Assembly: GCA_964016885.1 (NCBI GenBank) | Contig: OZ024748.1 | Span: 58,218,001 to 58,282,000 of the forward strand | Length of the DNA: 64,000 nt | Source of the DNA: Eledone cirrhosa | Lineage: Eukaryota | Direction: 5' to 3' | Shown: one piece after another, positions 1 through 16,810 of the stretch | Numbering within the stretch: the stretch's first letter is position 1 | How the letters are laid out: each line of letters opens with the position of its first letter | Program-made: the position numbers and the translations under genes | The notes under the pieces: generated by a model | Database searches by the model: none | The model's input: only the letters and a program-made list of their open reading frames with translations | Told to the model about the DNA's origin: nothing

Positions 1-99
1 ATGTAATCCCTTGTGGTTAATAAAGAAAGCATTATTATTATTATTATTATTTATTTATTACTATTATTGGTCTCATCATCATTGGTCCATTTGTCTTGT

Positions 100-1645
100 G
101 TTTATTTCGTTTGTTTTCAATGAACGTAGGCGTGCTATGAAATTTTTCATTTACATTAAAAAAAAAACGACATAATGTGCAGTATACTTTTCATTACACT
201 ATTTATAGGTTTACAACTGGAAAGCTAGAAATTGTTACACAAATTCTGCAGTTACTTTTTATATTCGTGTTCGTGATATTCTATTGGCAATTTCACATGT
301 GGAACCTTTGATCTTTTACTGCAATTAAAACCAATTTCGACTTTTGAATAACGTGAGTTTCACGCAGTAGCATTTTCTTTTTTTACTGCATCCAATGTAC
401 ATTGTTTGATGTTGACAACATCCTTCCTTGATAGATGATATATGGAACACCAGCTTAGAATTATGTACTGAAACCTAAATTTGGTGATGTTAAATTGTTG
501 GTTCTTTTATCACTGTTATATATAGAAATATGTAACGTTAATACTTATATATCTGTTGTTTGCAAGAAGACAAGAAAAGAGTGTTCCATTTTCCGTCCAG
601 TTATGTGGCTGTTTTTTTACTTCTCTTCAATTATCTTCTTGGTATGTTCTATATTACATACATAATATATAATGTTTATCACTTTGAAATCTGTCGATAA
701 ATCCTTATTTTTGTAGTATACTTAATATTGTGAGATTTTGGAATTTGCATTCGAAATACAACTATGATTTTATGTGTATTCCTCTCTCGATATACTAAAA
801 CACTTAGAGTGGATTTCCGAATATTATCACTATATATTATTAATGGTACAATTTCTAACATATTTATGTTTGATTAGTAATTCAATGCATCGTGGTATTC
901 CTTCATAATATTTACTTTGTGCGTGGTACACTTTCCAGTTCATGAATACAAAATCATTTTCTCGTTTAATTGACATCATGACGCGTGTTTATATTTCTAA
1001 AGGCATAAGAAAGGTGTAGGATTGTTAGAACGTTGGAGAGAATAATTTCCGGTATTAGTTCTGAGATCAAATCACGCCGTTTGAACTCGATAAAACTATA
1101 CCTGTCAATTACTGCGAGCGATTCTCCTATTTCATTTTATTTTCTCTCTCTCGAGATTTCGAGATTCATAAAGAACATATTGAATAAGCTATGCAAAAAT
1201 TATTGTTGGGGTTATTTTCAAGTAATTCTATGCAACATGGTGTTGTTGACCATCCCTTAGAATTTGTTTGTGACATTCCTCTGGTTACACATTTCTTTTA
1301 GATTGGTTTTAGATGTGTTAATAATAAGCAAAAATATTTAGATGAAAAAATGAAGCATCTTGAATTATTTGTTTCATAATTAAGATGCAATTAGATTTTA
1401 GATTTTATATGAAATAAATGTGAGATTATTTTCTGATGTCTCTTCTGTTTAAGAAAGCTGGTTATTACTGAAGTGGCATTATATATTGATAATATACTCA
1501 CAATCAAGATGAGTAAAACCCATGTCATACTCATGCTAATACTTTTCCTTTTATTGTTTTCAGCATTTGCGTTGTAATCCATAATTGATCTTTAACTATA
1601 TATGTGCATCTGCTCGGTATTCCTTGATGTGAGGTTTACCGTCAT
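100..1645 (-). pseudogene. Decayed class-A (rhodopsin-like) GPCR pseudogene 1
   Basis: Hand translation across stops and frameshifts gives motifs in 7TM order: N-term MTVNLTS, TM1 WVLLILIVSILSIYNATSVI (ORF 1391-1582), pre-TM3 Cys, CIE/YLKITP (ERY-like, ~1210-1235), YTFLMPL (TM5, ~1000-1018), ILSW/VPYII (TM6, ~432-462), INSVMKSILH..NEKF (TM7/H8, ~140-207). Confidence 0.55.
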
Positions 1646-2334
1646 ATCATTTATCTTATATGTTACTATGAAGTAAAGCTTCTGTACATTGTAAATATGT
1701 GCTTGCGGTAACACCATTAACGTTGGTGGAGTCGTTGTTAATAATAATAATAATGATGATAATAACAATCATAATACTGGTGATTATGATGATATGACAA
1801 TAGTTCTAATTAATAATTTAATAATCACGAAATAACTCATCACGCAGTCTTAGTGTAGGACATGTTAATCACAATACGCCCTCACGTTACACGTTACAGA
1901 CTCTACGCATCATTTTCTGTGCCAAGACAACAATAAATATAATAAAACAACACAAGAAATAACAATAAAACCAGTGATTACTTACGAAATCTATGCTTCC
2001 AACAAACGTTGAGTAACGGAATGTGTTTGATACATACCATCAAATTCATTTACAATGTGTTTAAGTATCTATTAAAAGAATGAACTCAAATCCGTGGTAA
2101 GGTAAACCTAGAGAAATATCAAACAGAATTATGTAAGTCACTCATGTTTAAGTCATGTGTTATACGATTTAGACACGGTTGTAGTCGTTGCAGCATAACA
2201 AGAAGACCGCCATGTTGTGACGGTCGGTGAACTTTGATCTGGTGGATACTGGTGGATTTCGAGCTACAACAAACATAATTTATTACTATTAATCTAAATT
2301 TATTTTAAAACATTTTCTTAATTGCTAAACCTTG

Positions 2335-2348
2335 ATTATATATATATT

Positions 2349-2409
<61 letters not shown>

Positions 2410-2418
2410 ATATATTTG

Positions 2419-2475
<57 letters not shown>

Positions 2476-2492
2476 TTATATATATATATATT

Positions 2493-2530
<38 letters not shown>
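2335..2530. repeat. (TA)n microsatellite with TTTA interruptions
   Basis: Directly visible. Confidence 0.97.
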
Positions 2531-2541
<11 letters not shown>

Positions 2542-2620
2542 ATTTGAAGACTAAAATCCAAAGAGGGCTCGATAAGGATAAATATATATATCAAATATAT
2601 AAGAACCGTAGAGCAAATAT
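2528..2620. repeat. Short dispersed repeat, copy 1 (second copy at ~54585-54675)
   Basis: gactaaaatccaaagagggctcgataaggataaatatatat..caaatatataagaacc(g/c)tagagcaaat is near-identical at both loci, between (TAA)n and (TA)n. Confidence 0.85.
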
Positions 2621-2839
2621 ATATATATATATATGCGTGTGTGTGTGATTTCTATACTGAGCTATATGCTATTGCTATATATCCATTTTTAATTCGTATA
2701 TCTGAAATGAGTATGTTTCGCCTATCATGTACTAATCATCTTCAATCTTCCAAATATTCCTATATTCGTCTTATATATTGAATGCCGCAGGTTTTATGGT
2801 AGATATGATTTGATTTGTAAACGTTATTCATTATTTTGA

Positions 2840-3032
2840 GGGCGGTGGATTGGCAGTACAAGTAGTGGGCCGGACGCCATGCTTTGCAGCAAAGAGTTAC
2901 GGCCTTTATCGTCTACGTTGAAATCCCACCGAGGTTAACTTTGCTTTTCATTCTTACGGGATCGATGAAATAAAGTACCAGTAATGCACTGGAATAATTG
3001 CTGGCCTTGTGCCACAAGTAGAAATAATTATT
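2840..3032 (+). mobile_element. tRNA-derived SINE with Deu/Nin-like core, full length, diverged
   Basis: A-box-like TGGCAGTA, B-box-like GTTGAAATCC, core GCTTTTCATTCTTACGGGATCGATGAAATAAAGTACCAG, tail GGCCTTGTGCC..GTAGAAATAATTATT. Confidence 0.88.
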
Positions 3033-4509
3033 TTGGGGAAAATGTTATAACCGTTTCACTTAGAAAGCTTCGGCGGTTTAATATATTTCGATTAATGACC
3101 ATCGATAATCGTCACTCGGTAAATTTAAACGTACTCACCTCAACTCTATAGATGTTAGTGGATATCGTATGATTTCTCAAGGGAAAGCCATATTTGTATC
3201 GCTGATACAAAGACGTGTTGGGGATGTATACAGAACTTCAAAGAGGAAATAGCCTAAGTTACTGTAACATAAAGGAAACAAATAAATTTCATTTTTGAAT
3301 GTGTCACACACGTTAACTTAATCAATCAAGGGTATTCATATATATTTATGTTTGAAAAGTTTGACTGAACATATTTGCGAAAAGTATTTCGGAAAAGTCA
3401 GAATGGGGAGAAATGTTTTAAAACATCTCGAAGGGGGAAATTCATTATTCATTGAACATCTTCTAGGTTATTTTTTCCTGGTGTAAGTCTAGGTATATAT
3501 ATGTTAAATTAGGAAACACCTGCAGAAAAATAAATTAGCTTTGAAAATATTCTATCATCTTTGTTTTACTTATTATATTATTGTCTGATTCTATCAATGA
3601 AACATATAATTGTAAAGTGTATACAGATGATCGAAGTTGTAGTATAACATTCACTTGAGATATAATGAATGACTCAAATCTTTTCTTTTAATCTGGAATT
3701 AATATGTAAAAATAACTATCTTACTTAGACAACTGGACACGTATCGACCTTTATTAATTCCTTAATTGTTATCGAAAGACGAATAACAAGAGTAAGATGA
3801 AAATGTACAGATTTCTATTGATAGACAATTTGATTCCAGAAGGACTTCTGAAATTGAAGAACCACAGTAATTGAAGTACCACAGTAATTATTCAGTTGAT
3901 TAAATAACAGATACTGTTGCAATAACATTGTTTTAAATGCTCATAAAACAAATATAAGTAAATTTGTATTATGTACAAACGTAAATTAGAAATATTGCTG
4001 TTCGCGTCATGGACGTAATGTCATAAGTTTGAAGCGGTGTATTGCGTCTTTGGGCAAGTCTCTTTACATCATGTTAATCCAGTAACTCAGATGGTAAACA
4101 TGTTGCATCTGTAATTGAAAAAGTGGGGTCCAAGTTGTCGACATCTTCTCCGTGAGAACTGAAATCTGATCACTGGCTTCTATCAGACAAAAAAGGGACT
4201 TATTAGACACTGTCATGCTGAATAGCCTCGAAAATACATAGAATAAGCTTGTGGGTGTGGAATTCTCATCCACATGCACGATAGGTTAACGTACATGTGT
4301 GTGTGTGTGTGTGTGTAATTAAGATTTATCCAATATACCCTGAGCCCAGTTTAATTAAAAGAGAAATGACACAAACTTCCCAAAGAACAATACCCATTTA
4401 AGTTGCATATGGCTTCAATCCCCAAGTTTCACATCGTCACCCGTGGCAATTCCTAATATAACTATGACAGTAAAACTATACGCGTTCTCAGGGTCTATTG
4501 GATGAATCG

Positions 4510-4540
<31 letters not shown>

Positions 4541-4541
<1 letters not shown>

Positions 4542-4743
4542 AGTATTGAAGTTTCCGTTGAAAATTGAAAAACTAATAGGTTAAACCAGTGTTCTTGCCG
4601 AAGAAGAGATATTATCTCGAAAATTAAGGACATTTAAATAAATCTAGGGTAAAAGACTAATTGTCAACAATATCTTTTGCATTTGCATTCTTTATTCTAT
4701 GTCTATACCTGCATTGTTTTGGCTTTATTATACATATACAAAC

Positions 4744-4746
<3 letters not shown>
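4541..4746 (+). mobile_element. Probable PLE terminal-repeat fragment with degenerate HHR, in (TA)n
   Basis: tgttcttg-CCGAAGA-a-gagat-att-atctc-GAAA-at-taaggaca: 8-bp stem I and 5-bp stem II, stem III lost. AATAAA at 4637. TA tracts on both sides. Confidence 0.45.
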
Positions 4747-4780
<34 letters not shown>

Positions 4781-4959
4781 CGTATAGCACGGACCATATG
4801 TGCATAAACACACATGCACCGTGTTGTATTATGACAGAATTGTATTACCCCAATGTACAAGAACAGGGCCGTTATATGCAAAATAAACCAAAGAATTCTT
4901 AAATACTCAAACAGTTTTTTATTTGCTTACAATGCTTCATCAGAGCTTAATAAACACAG

Positions 4960-5605
4960 TGCTGAGTATAAGCTCCACCGAGCTTAGGCACACGAACGAT
5001 CGGAATGCAATAGAGGATAAAGATAGGGAGATCGGAGATGGCGAACAACGGGGGTACATGTTGGGGTTGTTAAGTATCATAGCTAGAGCCGAAAAGGCGG
5101 AAATTTGAGCGAAAAGGTGTTATTCTTGAATATTTAAGCCACTGCCGTTTCTGAACAAATAATTCAAAAAGTAAAGCTACCTTAAGACGTGAAATAATCA
5201 GATCTAGCGTAGTGTCAAACTTGAACAAAGTAGGTTGATTAATGTGGGAGCTAGAGCCGAAAAAAAGTGGACATTTGAGTCTAAAAGTGGTATTTTTGAA
5301 TATTTAAGTGGCTGCCACGCCGTCCCTGAACAACAATTGCAAAATATAAAGACATTACAGGATGTGCAATGATAATTTGCTTTACAATTTGAACGAAATC
5401 GGGGGCAAAATGTGGGAGCTAGAGACAAAAATCTTTTTTTTCGATACCTAAAAAAAGATGATCCCCTATCGAGTTTTATCTGCAGAATGAAACCGGAATA
5501 GAAAAAAAAAACGATGCGCTGTTATATAGAAAACACTCCTCGATGACTAATCTATGAGCCTGTAAAGTTTCATGAAAATCGGTCGGAAAATGTAGAGCCC
5601 TATAT

Positions 5606-5648
<43 letters not shown>

Positions 5649-5715
5649 GCACGCACACGCACACGCACACGCGCACACACACACATACACACATACACAC
5701 ATACATACATATATA
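4960..5715. repeat. Helitron/Helentron-like non-autonomous repeat with internal sub-repeats and (CA)n
   Basis: Three diverged agctagag(c/a)c(g/a)aaaa units (~5081, 5250, 5417); tgtaaagtttcatgaaaatcggtcg followed by a (CA)n tract, an arrangement typical of HINE/DINE-like elements. Confidence 0.4.
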
Positions 5716-5762
5716 CTGGGATAACAGCTGGCCTTGTGCCAAAAAGTAGAAACAATTATTAA
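5716..5762 (+). mobile_element. SINE 3' tail fragment
   Basis: actgggataacagctggccttgtgccaaaaagtagaaacaattatt matches the family tail. Confidence 0.8.
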
Positions 5763-5870
5763 TGATAAGACAATTTCCGAGAAAATATGTCCCATTTCTC
5801 ATCATCAGTACAACTCGGACACATGTTTCCTAACAACTCAGAAAATCAGTCATTAATGTATGCGATATAA

Positions 5871-5980
5871 TTCAAATCCCGCCGAGGTCAACTTTGCCTT
5901 TCATCCTTACGGGGTCGATAAAATAAAGTACCAGTAATGTACTGGGTAATTGCTGGCCTTGTGCCAAAAGTAGAAACAAT
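5871..5980 (+). mobile_element. 5'-truncated SINE with ~19-bp TSD
   Basis: Family core and tail; attaatgtatgcgatataa at 5852-5870 and 5979-5997. Confidence 0.92.
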
Positions 5981-7619
5981 TAATGTATGCGATATAATGG
6001 CGTTGTTGCCAATCACGCTTTGTAATGTTGGTTGATGTCTTATACAATTATATAATAGATTTGTATATAAGAAATAAATGAGAGTTCTACTATGCCAAGT
6101 CAAATGAAACACTTCGGCTAAGATATGTTATGGGATTGTAACATCTCTGTAGTCATATTCTGTGTTAGAATAAGGATTTATATAGAAGGGATATTGATTT
6201 ATTTTTCATTTTCTATAATGCCCTCCCTGATATTAGGTATCCATAAGATAGGCATGTGCACAATTTCTAAATTTCAAGTACTATCATCAATATATTTGTC
6301 ATTCTCAGACTAGTATCCTATATGGGGTGAGCCAATGGGCTAACGAGTACACTCGAACAAAAATCTACATATTAGTGAAGCTAGATCCTTACACACACTC
6401 TCGTCTATGTGCATCACCGTTTCTCATAGCATACGAATTTCAGGTCATTGTTTCTCGTACAACACTGCAGTAAAATGCTCGTAGAATATCTCTAGTTTAT
6501 AGCGTAAATTTGTATACAGAGCGTGACCTTTTAAGTACGTAGGCATTTCACATCCGTAACTATAAAAGTAGTTCTACCACACTGCGTAACTCTTACAACG
6601 GTTCACAGTAGCTAAACACAATTATAAATAAGCCAATTGACCCGAAGACTGTACGCACCTTGTTGTATGCTTCAGTGCACTTTTGACACCTAATTGTATA
6701 ATATTTGTTTGAAACTCCTGAGTTCCACAATTAATATGTTGTATAAAATACAAGGACATTTATAGAGAAAATGAATATTAAACATATGTAATCCGATTAC
6801 ATTTAGTGTTTAATGAAAAACAAAGTTTGTGACATGTGAAACTCTACTAATATACATTCTTCTAACGAAAAGTTATTGTATATTTTGTATCATTATGAGA
6901 AATTACCTTATGTATTATTGCGTTATGTATTGCTATAATGTAGAAAACAATAATCCGTATTGGTGAACCTGCAGATATATTACAGCGATATAGAATGATA
7001 TTTTGCTTTGTCCTAAAGTTTTCCGCTACTTGAAAGAAAATATATATTTTGGTAATAGAAAGGTTGAATTTCGCTTTAAACTCTATATCTTTACCAAATC
7101 AATTCTCACTTTTATTCACCTCAATTTTTTCCCTCGGCTGCAGAGATAAAATGAGTTATAGGAAAATTGATGAGGTGAACGAGTGAAAATGTTTCCAAAA
7201 CAAAAGTAGATGCTCAACATTTTTATTTTGTTTTTTTACAAAAGAATTAAATAAACAGAAATGGATATACTTCCTTATATATCGTAAATGGATATTAGAT
7301 GTGCACTAATATTGCTGGAGGGAGGCATACATAATATCAAGTCGTCCATGTACTTTGTGGCAGGAGATTCACAGATACAAGAAAGAAATCTTTGTAGAAT
7401 ATAAAATATAGAAGCAACAACACTTTGAATGGTGACTGGTGTCTTTGATATTAATAGTATAATTAAAGCTAATAGCAATACAGCAGAAACAAACGTGAAT
7501 ACATGATGAACATTATATTTGACTTCTGTATTTTTTTCTTAGGTATTCTAATAAATGGCATTGTGGTCCTTTGTAATTATATAACATTTGGTTGTAACGA
7601 AATTTATAATTAGTATATA

Positions 7620-7967
7620 CTAGCTGACGTGCCCAGCTTCGCTCGGGTAAACAGATGATAAGAGAAGACAGGTAAAAGAGAAAATGACTGTATTGGATGT
7701 TTGTCTGGTTACAGTATGAGGCGAGTCCGTGGTGTCTGTGTAATACAGAAAACAGTAAAAAAAAATCTTCCAGATATACCAGATTCTTCGTTGTACCGTT
7801 TGTGCATAGTATATGAACAATTCTAGGTGCTCCCACCTAGAATAGTGACCTCTAGGAGATGGTTCATCTTCTGCCTGACTGTAAAACGTGTATCATTGCA
7901 TATACCTGGTTGTTCCACGTTTCTCAAAAGGATGATGGAAGTTACAATCTTTTTTATTATATGTAGA
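7620..7967 (-). mobile_element. Non-autonomous Helitron
   Basis: Minus strand starts A|TCTACATATAATAAA and ends with the hairpin acccgagcgaagctgggc followed by acgtcagCTAG|T: canonical TC/CTAG termini in an AT site. Confidence 0.75.
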
Positions 7968-8469
7968 TATAGAAAATTAATATAAAAGATGATGTTTAGC
8001 CAGATCGTCTACAACCATCGCAGCATGCCGTGGCTGCTTGGCTCCAGTGTTTCGTTGGCGTTGTTCAGCCAGCTCCTCTTCATTCATGGCGGCACGTCTT
8101 CGCCTCTGAAGCTCGATGTTCCGATGGCGCTGTTTGGCCCGTTTGTCTTCATTCCTGGCTGCACGCCGTCGCCGCTGCAGTTCACTGTTTTATAAAGTCG
8201 AATTGCTTTTATTTTCTGTGGAACGCTGCATGCACGCACACACACATAAATACGCGCAGGTACATACACACGCATACATGGCAATAGTTACAGCGTTCAC
8301 TTTGCCTCTCAGTTTCTTACTCTCCCCTCTCACTCTCTCATTGGCCTTATGCATATTAATTCAAGTTTGGCGTCGTTGAGGTGGGCGGAGTCGTTTGAAA
8401 CCTATGAACCAATGATAATCGAGAATTATGACACACGGAATAATGACGTTGATGAAATTAATATATAGA
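7968..8469 (-). mobile_element. Helitron 5' segment encoding STPR-like 23-aa repeats
   Basis: Minus strand begins TCTATATATTAA at 8469. Stop-to-stop frame 8189-7977 reads NSELQRRRRAARNEDKRAKQRHR / NIELQRRRRAAMNEEELAEQRQR / NTGAKQPRHAAMVVDDLAKHH. Confidence 0.6.
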
Positions 8470-8796
8470 CTAGCTGACGTACCCAGCTTCGCTCGGGTAA
8501 ACAGATGATAAGAGAAGACAGGTAAAAGAGAAAATGACTGTATTGGATGTTTGTCTGGTTACAGTATGTTTGCTCTGATCTGCAAACATCACGGACGCTC
8601 TATCTCAAAATTATTTTTGAAAAGCATTAGAAATGCGCAACCGGTAAAACTTAAAACCAAAACTTAATACTAACCAATACTATTACTAATTATCACTTAT
8701 TCCTAATTAAACTATTTTTCACTGTGAACAATTTGTCAGCATTTTCTATTCCGTTTACCAATATATCATAACTTGTGTGTTACACCTCTATTCTTT

Positions 8797-8800
<4 letters not shown>
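8470..8800 (-). mobile_element. Second Helitron copy (shares the 3' ~100 bp with 7620-7718)
   Basis: ctagctgacgt(a/g)cccagcttcgctcgggtaaacagatg...ttacagtatg is near-identical to the first copy, then diverges. 5' boundary approximate. Confidence 0.65.
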
Positions 8801-8832
<32 letters not shown>

Positions 8833-9788
8833 TTGAAATAAAATGAAAACGAAATTTCATTTTTCACTCTTAGTACGGCACTTACTTAAATGTAAGTATG
8901 TGTGCATGCTACTGTACGTCTGTATACATATATGCATGTACGTATATACACATACTTACATTTATATATATGTATGTATATATAAATATGTATACATATA
9001 TACATACACCCCCCCCCCCACACACACACACACTATTTTCGTGGATTACTGAGGAAGCTATACATATAATCACTCTAACCTATGACAGAATCTATATATC
9101 AATAATAATATACATAAGAAGCGATGAATAGTAAAATCATACGCTGATTTCGAACGAAGTGGAGATAGATACGGAAGAAGCTAAACTTCCATGTTAGACC
9201 CAACAAATTGAGTGGTCCCTTCAGCGCAATTTCTGTTGTAAACAATATCAAGAGAGCAGCTTCGAATTTAATCCATCCAACAAATAAACAATATGTAATA
9301 ATAACTTATTTAAGAATCTTCACACGATGCTTACCAAATATTCTCTCATTATCCCTCAGGCAAGTAGAGGTAATACATCATAATTCAATAATGATGTTTC
9401 TAAATATTTAAGAAAAACAAAAATGGATGGACATATAAGAAAAAGCTGGTAAATTCTATTAACCGAATAAATATCTCAACGTAATGTAGCATAACGTTGG
9501 ATATTTACTGTGTTCATGCCAAACTCTTGTATACGTGCTTTGTTTTATGATATTTATATTCATAGTATATTTGCATTTAAATTAATATGCATGTTTTTCC
9601 TTCGTATATACAATCTCAGTAATCTAGTAATCAACATGAAATGTTGAAGGAGATACAGCTGTAAGTTAAATACATTAAATGCTTTATCCAGATAAGATTT
9701 ATAAATATTAAATGAAATATTCGAGGTATGAAAAAAAATAGATTCACATAATTAATTAATGTGTGGTTATTTATGTAATAGAAGTTCT

Positions 9789-10088
<300 letters not shown>

Positions 10089-11611
10089 ATATATAAATGA
10101 GGTAACACGTTATCGTTATAGGTAATACAGTTAGAGGTTGTGAGTACTCTGCTTCGTGGATAGTTTTAACGTACGGCTTTGTTTACCTCAACAAGCTGTT
10201 TCCATAGCTAGGCAGCGAGTTTGCGAGAATTCCTATGTAGGTTATATTTGGAGTAGTAATAGTGAAAGAATGAACAGTAACACGTTTGGCTGTACAACAA
10301 GGGTCTTTCTTTCAGGTATTGACAATTGTTTCATTGATCAGGTGAGTCTAGAGGTCGCTAATCCCTTGAAGTTGCGCCACTCGATTATATTAGTTACCTC
10401 TGACCAACTCATCAGAATACCATATATATATATATATACATACGTACATACGTACATACGTATCTATGTATGTATAACTTTGATATGTTTCAGCCAGTAT
10501 CCGCTAGGGCCATATTGGACATAGTAGCACAGTCCGGCGAAATTTTTCAAATCTTGATTTGGACACCGTAGCCCACGCAAGTAGAGAGCTATTGTTTACG
10601 CTGAGATATCCGAGTTTAGCTGGGATTGGATGGTGGAATATGCCCAAAAGACTTTTGAATTTTCTGGGATCTGTTTATGTTGCTATGTGTTTTTGTGCAA
10701 CATTAAACAGAGAGGGATCAGATGTGGTGAAATAATTGTGCCGTAATGCTGTTATGAGACACGAGGTTGAATTTTGTTATAGGCGGATAGTACATGGCCC
10801 AAGGTGTACTTTAAAGAATGATGCCGACATCATTAATATATATATATATATACATTTTATATATACATGTATATATGCATATGTACATGTATGTATATGC
10901 ATGTGTATGTATATGTGTATATATCTATATTTATACATGTATATATAGATATGTATATATATTTGCGTGTGTATGTACGTAGGTGTCCCGTGTTCGATCG
11001 CGGGTCACCACAGAAAGTAAGGTACACAATACATTAGTAGAGTGAATATAATAAAAATTAATATAAAATGGCTTCATCAGGTCTAGAACTGTTTCATTCA
11101 AATGTTATACATATATGTGTATATATATATACATATATATATATGTGTGTATATATATATACATATAGGAGAGGAAGATCATGTGTGAGCGAATGTGTGT
11201 TTCTCCATACATGCGTACATGAGCATATGTATCACTATATATTCATATAGTTGTGCGCGTGAGGTGCTCCTTCCATCGTCTCTGGCTTTTCGTCCCGCAG
11301 AGTGGAAATTTGAGCAAGTGGTTTTGGAGTTTTAGGAGTGCCATGTAATAGATGTAAAGAACAAAAGCGTAATATATATGAGATACATTTTCAGTTAATT
11401 CAACATATTACTCGTTGTTGTTCCACAAGGGGGAACCACGCGATAATGGAGACTCATATATCTAATAGAAGCGACATATCTATGCGACAAATATAAGGAC
11501 TTCGTCCAGATATATCAATAATTATATTTTATTTTGTTTAGCTTTTAACTTGGCGATTCGGTTTTTAGAAAGGGTGTTTTTCTAGATTCACTGGATAAAG
11601 ACAGCTTAATA

Positions 11612-11800
11612 AATAATTGTTTCTACTATTGGCACAAGGCCAGCAATAAACCATGTATTACTGGTACTTTATTGTATTGACCCCGTAAGGATGAAAGGAA
11701 AGTTAACCTCGGCGGGATTTGAACTCAGAATGGCAAGGGCCGTAACTCTATGCGTCAAAGCATGGCGTCCTACCCTCTAACAATACTGCCAATACACCAC
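11612..11800 (-). mobile_element. SINE, full length
   Basis: Reverse complement of the family consensus. Confidence 0.9.
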
Positions 11801-11876
11801 TCTTTATAGTTTATAGCATATAATTCATATCGAATATACGAAACGTTAGGAATTTATATTATTTCGTATATATGAA

Positions 11877-12066
11877 GGGCGGTGGATTGGCAGTATCGGT
11901 AGAGGGTCGGACGCCATGCTTTCCAGCATAGTTACGTCCCTTTACGATCTGAGTTCAAATCCCACCGAGGTTGACTTTGCCTTTCATCCTTACGGGGTCG
12001 ATAAAATAAAGTACCAGTAATGCACTGGGTAATTGCTGGCCTTGTGCCTAAAGTAGAAACAATTAT
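11877..12066 (+). mobile_element. SINE, full length, young, ~15-bp TSD
   Basis: A box TGGCAGTATCGG, B box GAGTTCAAATCC, core GCCTTTCATCCTTACGGGGTCGATAAAATAAAGTACCAG; attatttcgtatata at 11858-11872 and 12062-12076. Confidence 0.93.
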
Positions 12067-12598
12067 TTCGTATATACGTGTATGATAGGCATAAAAATAT
12101 AAAAGTCCCGTAATAAGATAAATGAATGTGATTCTTCGCGAGAAAAAAAAAGAACGTTGGCGTAAAATTCATATCCAATTTTCTTCCTCCTCTGTTCGGA
12201 TACTCTACTTTACAATCAGAGGAGATATGTCTGAATGTCCAATATTAATCAATTTATAAACGCCGTTTCTTTTATAGAAATGTATGAATATAAAATCAGT
12301 GCAAAGTCTAAAACTCAGGAATATGACTGCTTGCTTTACTTGATTTATCAACTCTATCACGATCACGTTCCATACACAGGCTTTATCAAATCTTTTCTGT
12401 TTCCGCTTACATTTGTTTATAGTGAAACAGAAGGAAATAGAAATGTCATTTTTATGAATACATTTTTTGCCAAGTATCACACACACACATTAGGTTTTGC
12501 TTTTATTTTTATAGTGTTGCAGCCACATGGAAACACACACATATATGTTGAGCCTATGTAAACATACAGTTTTGCACACATACACTAATACTCACACA

Positions 12599-16032
<3,434 letters not shown>

Positions 16033-16769
16033 CAACTCTAAGCGAGCCAAAAATATCTGCTCTAACATTAATAAGGAAACGAACGTCAACAGACCACAAC
16101 GCACTCCAATATTTTCTCCATCCTAACTGATTAGTTTGTACCAAATCATTTCGAACGCACTATACACGAAATATACTATGCTCTCATCAAATAGCAGGTG
16201 TGTTAAACAAGGCCTGATTCTCCTTGTTGTATTTTCTAGGTACATATATTATTATTGTTATTATTATCATTATTATTATTATTATCATAGCGTATGTAAA
16301 AATATATTTGAAGATTTCCAATAACTTATTAAATCGGTCGGTTGTATATATGTGCACACACAGACTCACACATACACACATTTATATTAAATATGCTGTC
16401 GAAACTGCAAGAGTTCGGCCGTCGGGCCCCGATACTACTATACACAGGCACACACATTTATAACATACATACTACGTGAATTATTCTGTCAAGTTTATTA
16501 GTTAATTATACATTTTAGCTTACTTAGTATGTAATTTGATTCGGTTCGAAATCAGTCTACCCAAAGAAAGTGTTAAACTCCGGCATATAAGTTTATATTA
16601 ATGTATTCGTGTAAACAGTATAACGATTCTTGTAATTAATATAAGATTAATACCTTCCCGTTACAATCGCATAAAATTGCTGCAAACCAAATTTAGAAAT
16701 ACAGATTTTATTTATCTTCTTAAATTGCATATGTTTTACTACTTCCCTGTATGCAAAGAGCATTTATCG

Positions 16770-16810
<41 letters not shown>

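Noticed and set aside
10490-10810. GC-richer block as a LINE C-terminus
   Set aside because: Probably a repeat, but no diagnostic motif could be read.
11877-11960. tRNA gene
   Set aside because: The A/B boxes belong to the SINE head; no cloverleaf; continues into the SINE core.
16030-16095. GAAACG-AA-CGTC as a hammerhead
   Set aside because: No CTGANGA half or matching stem I; could be chance.
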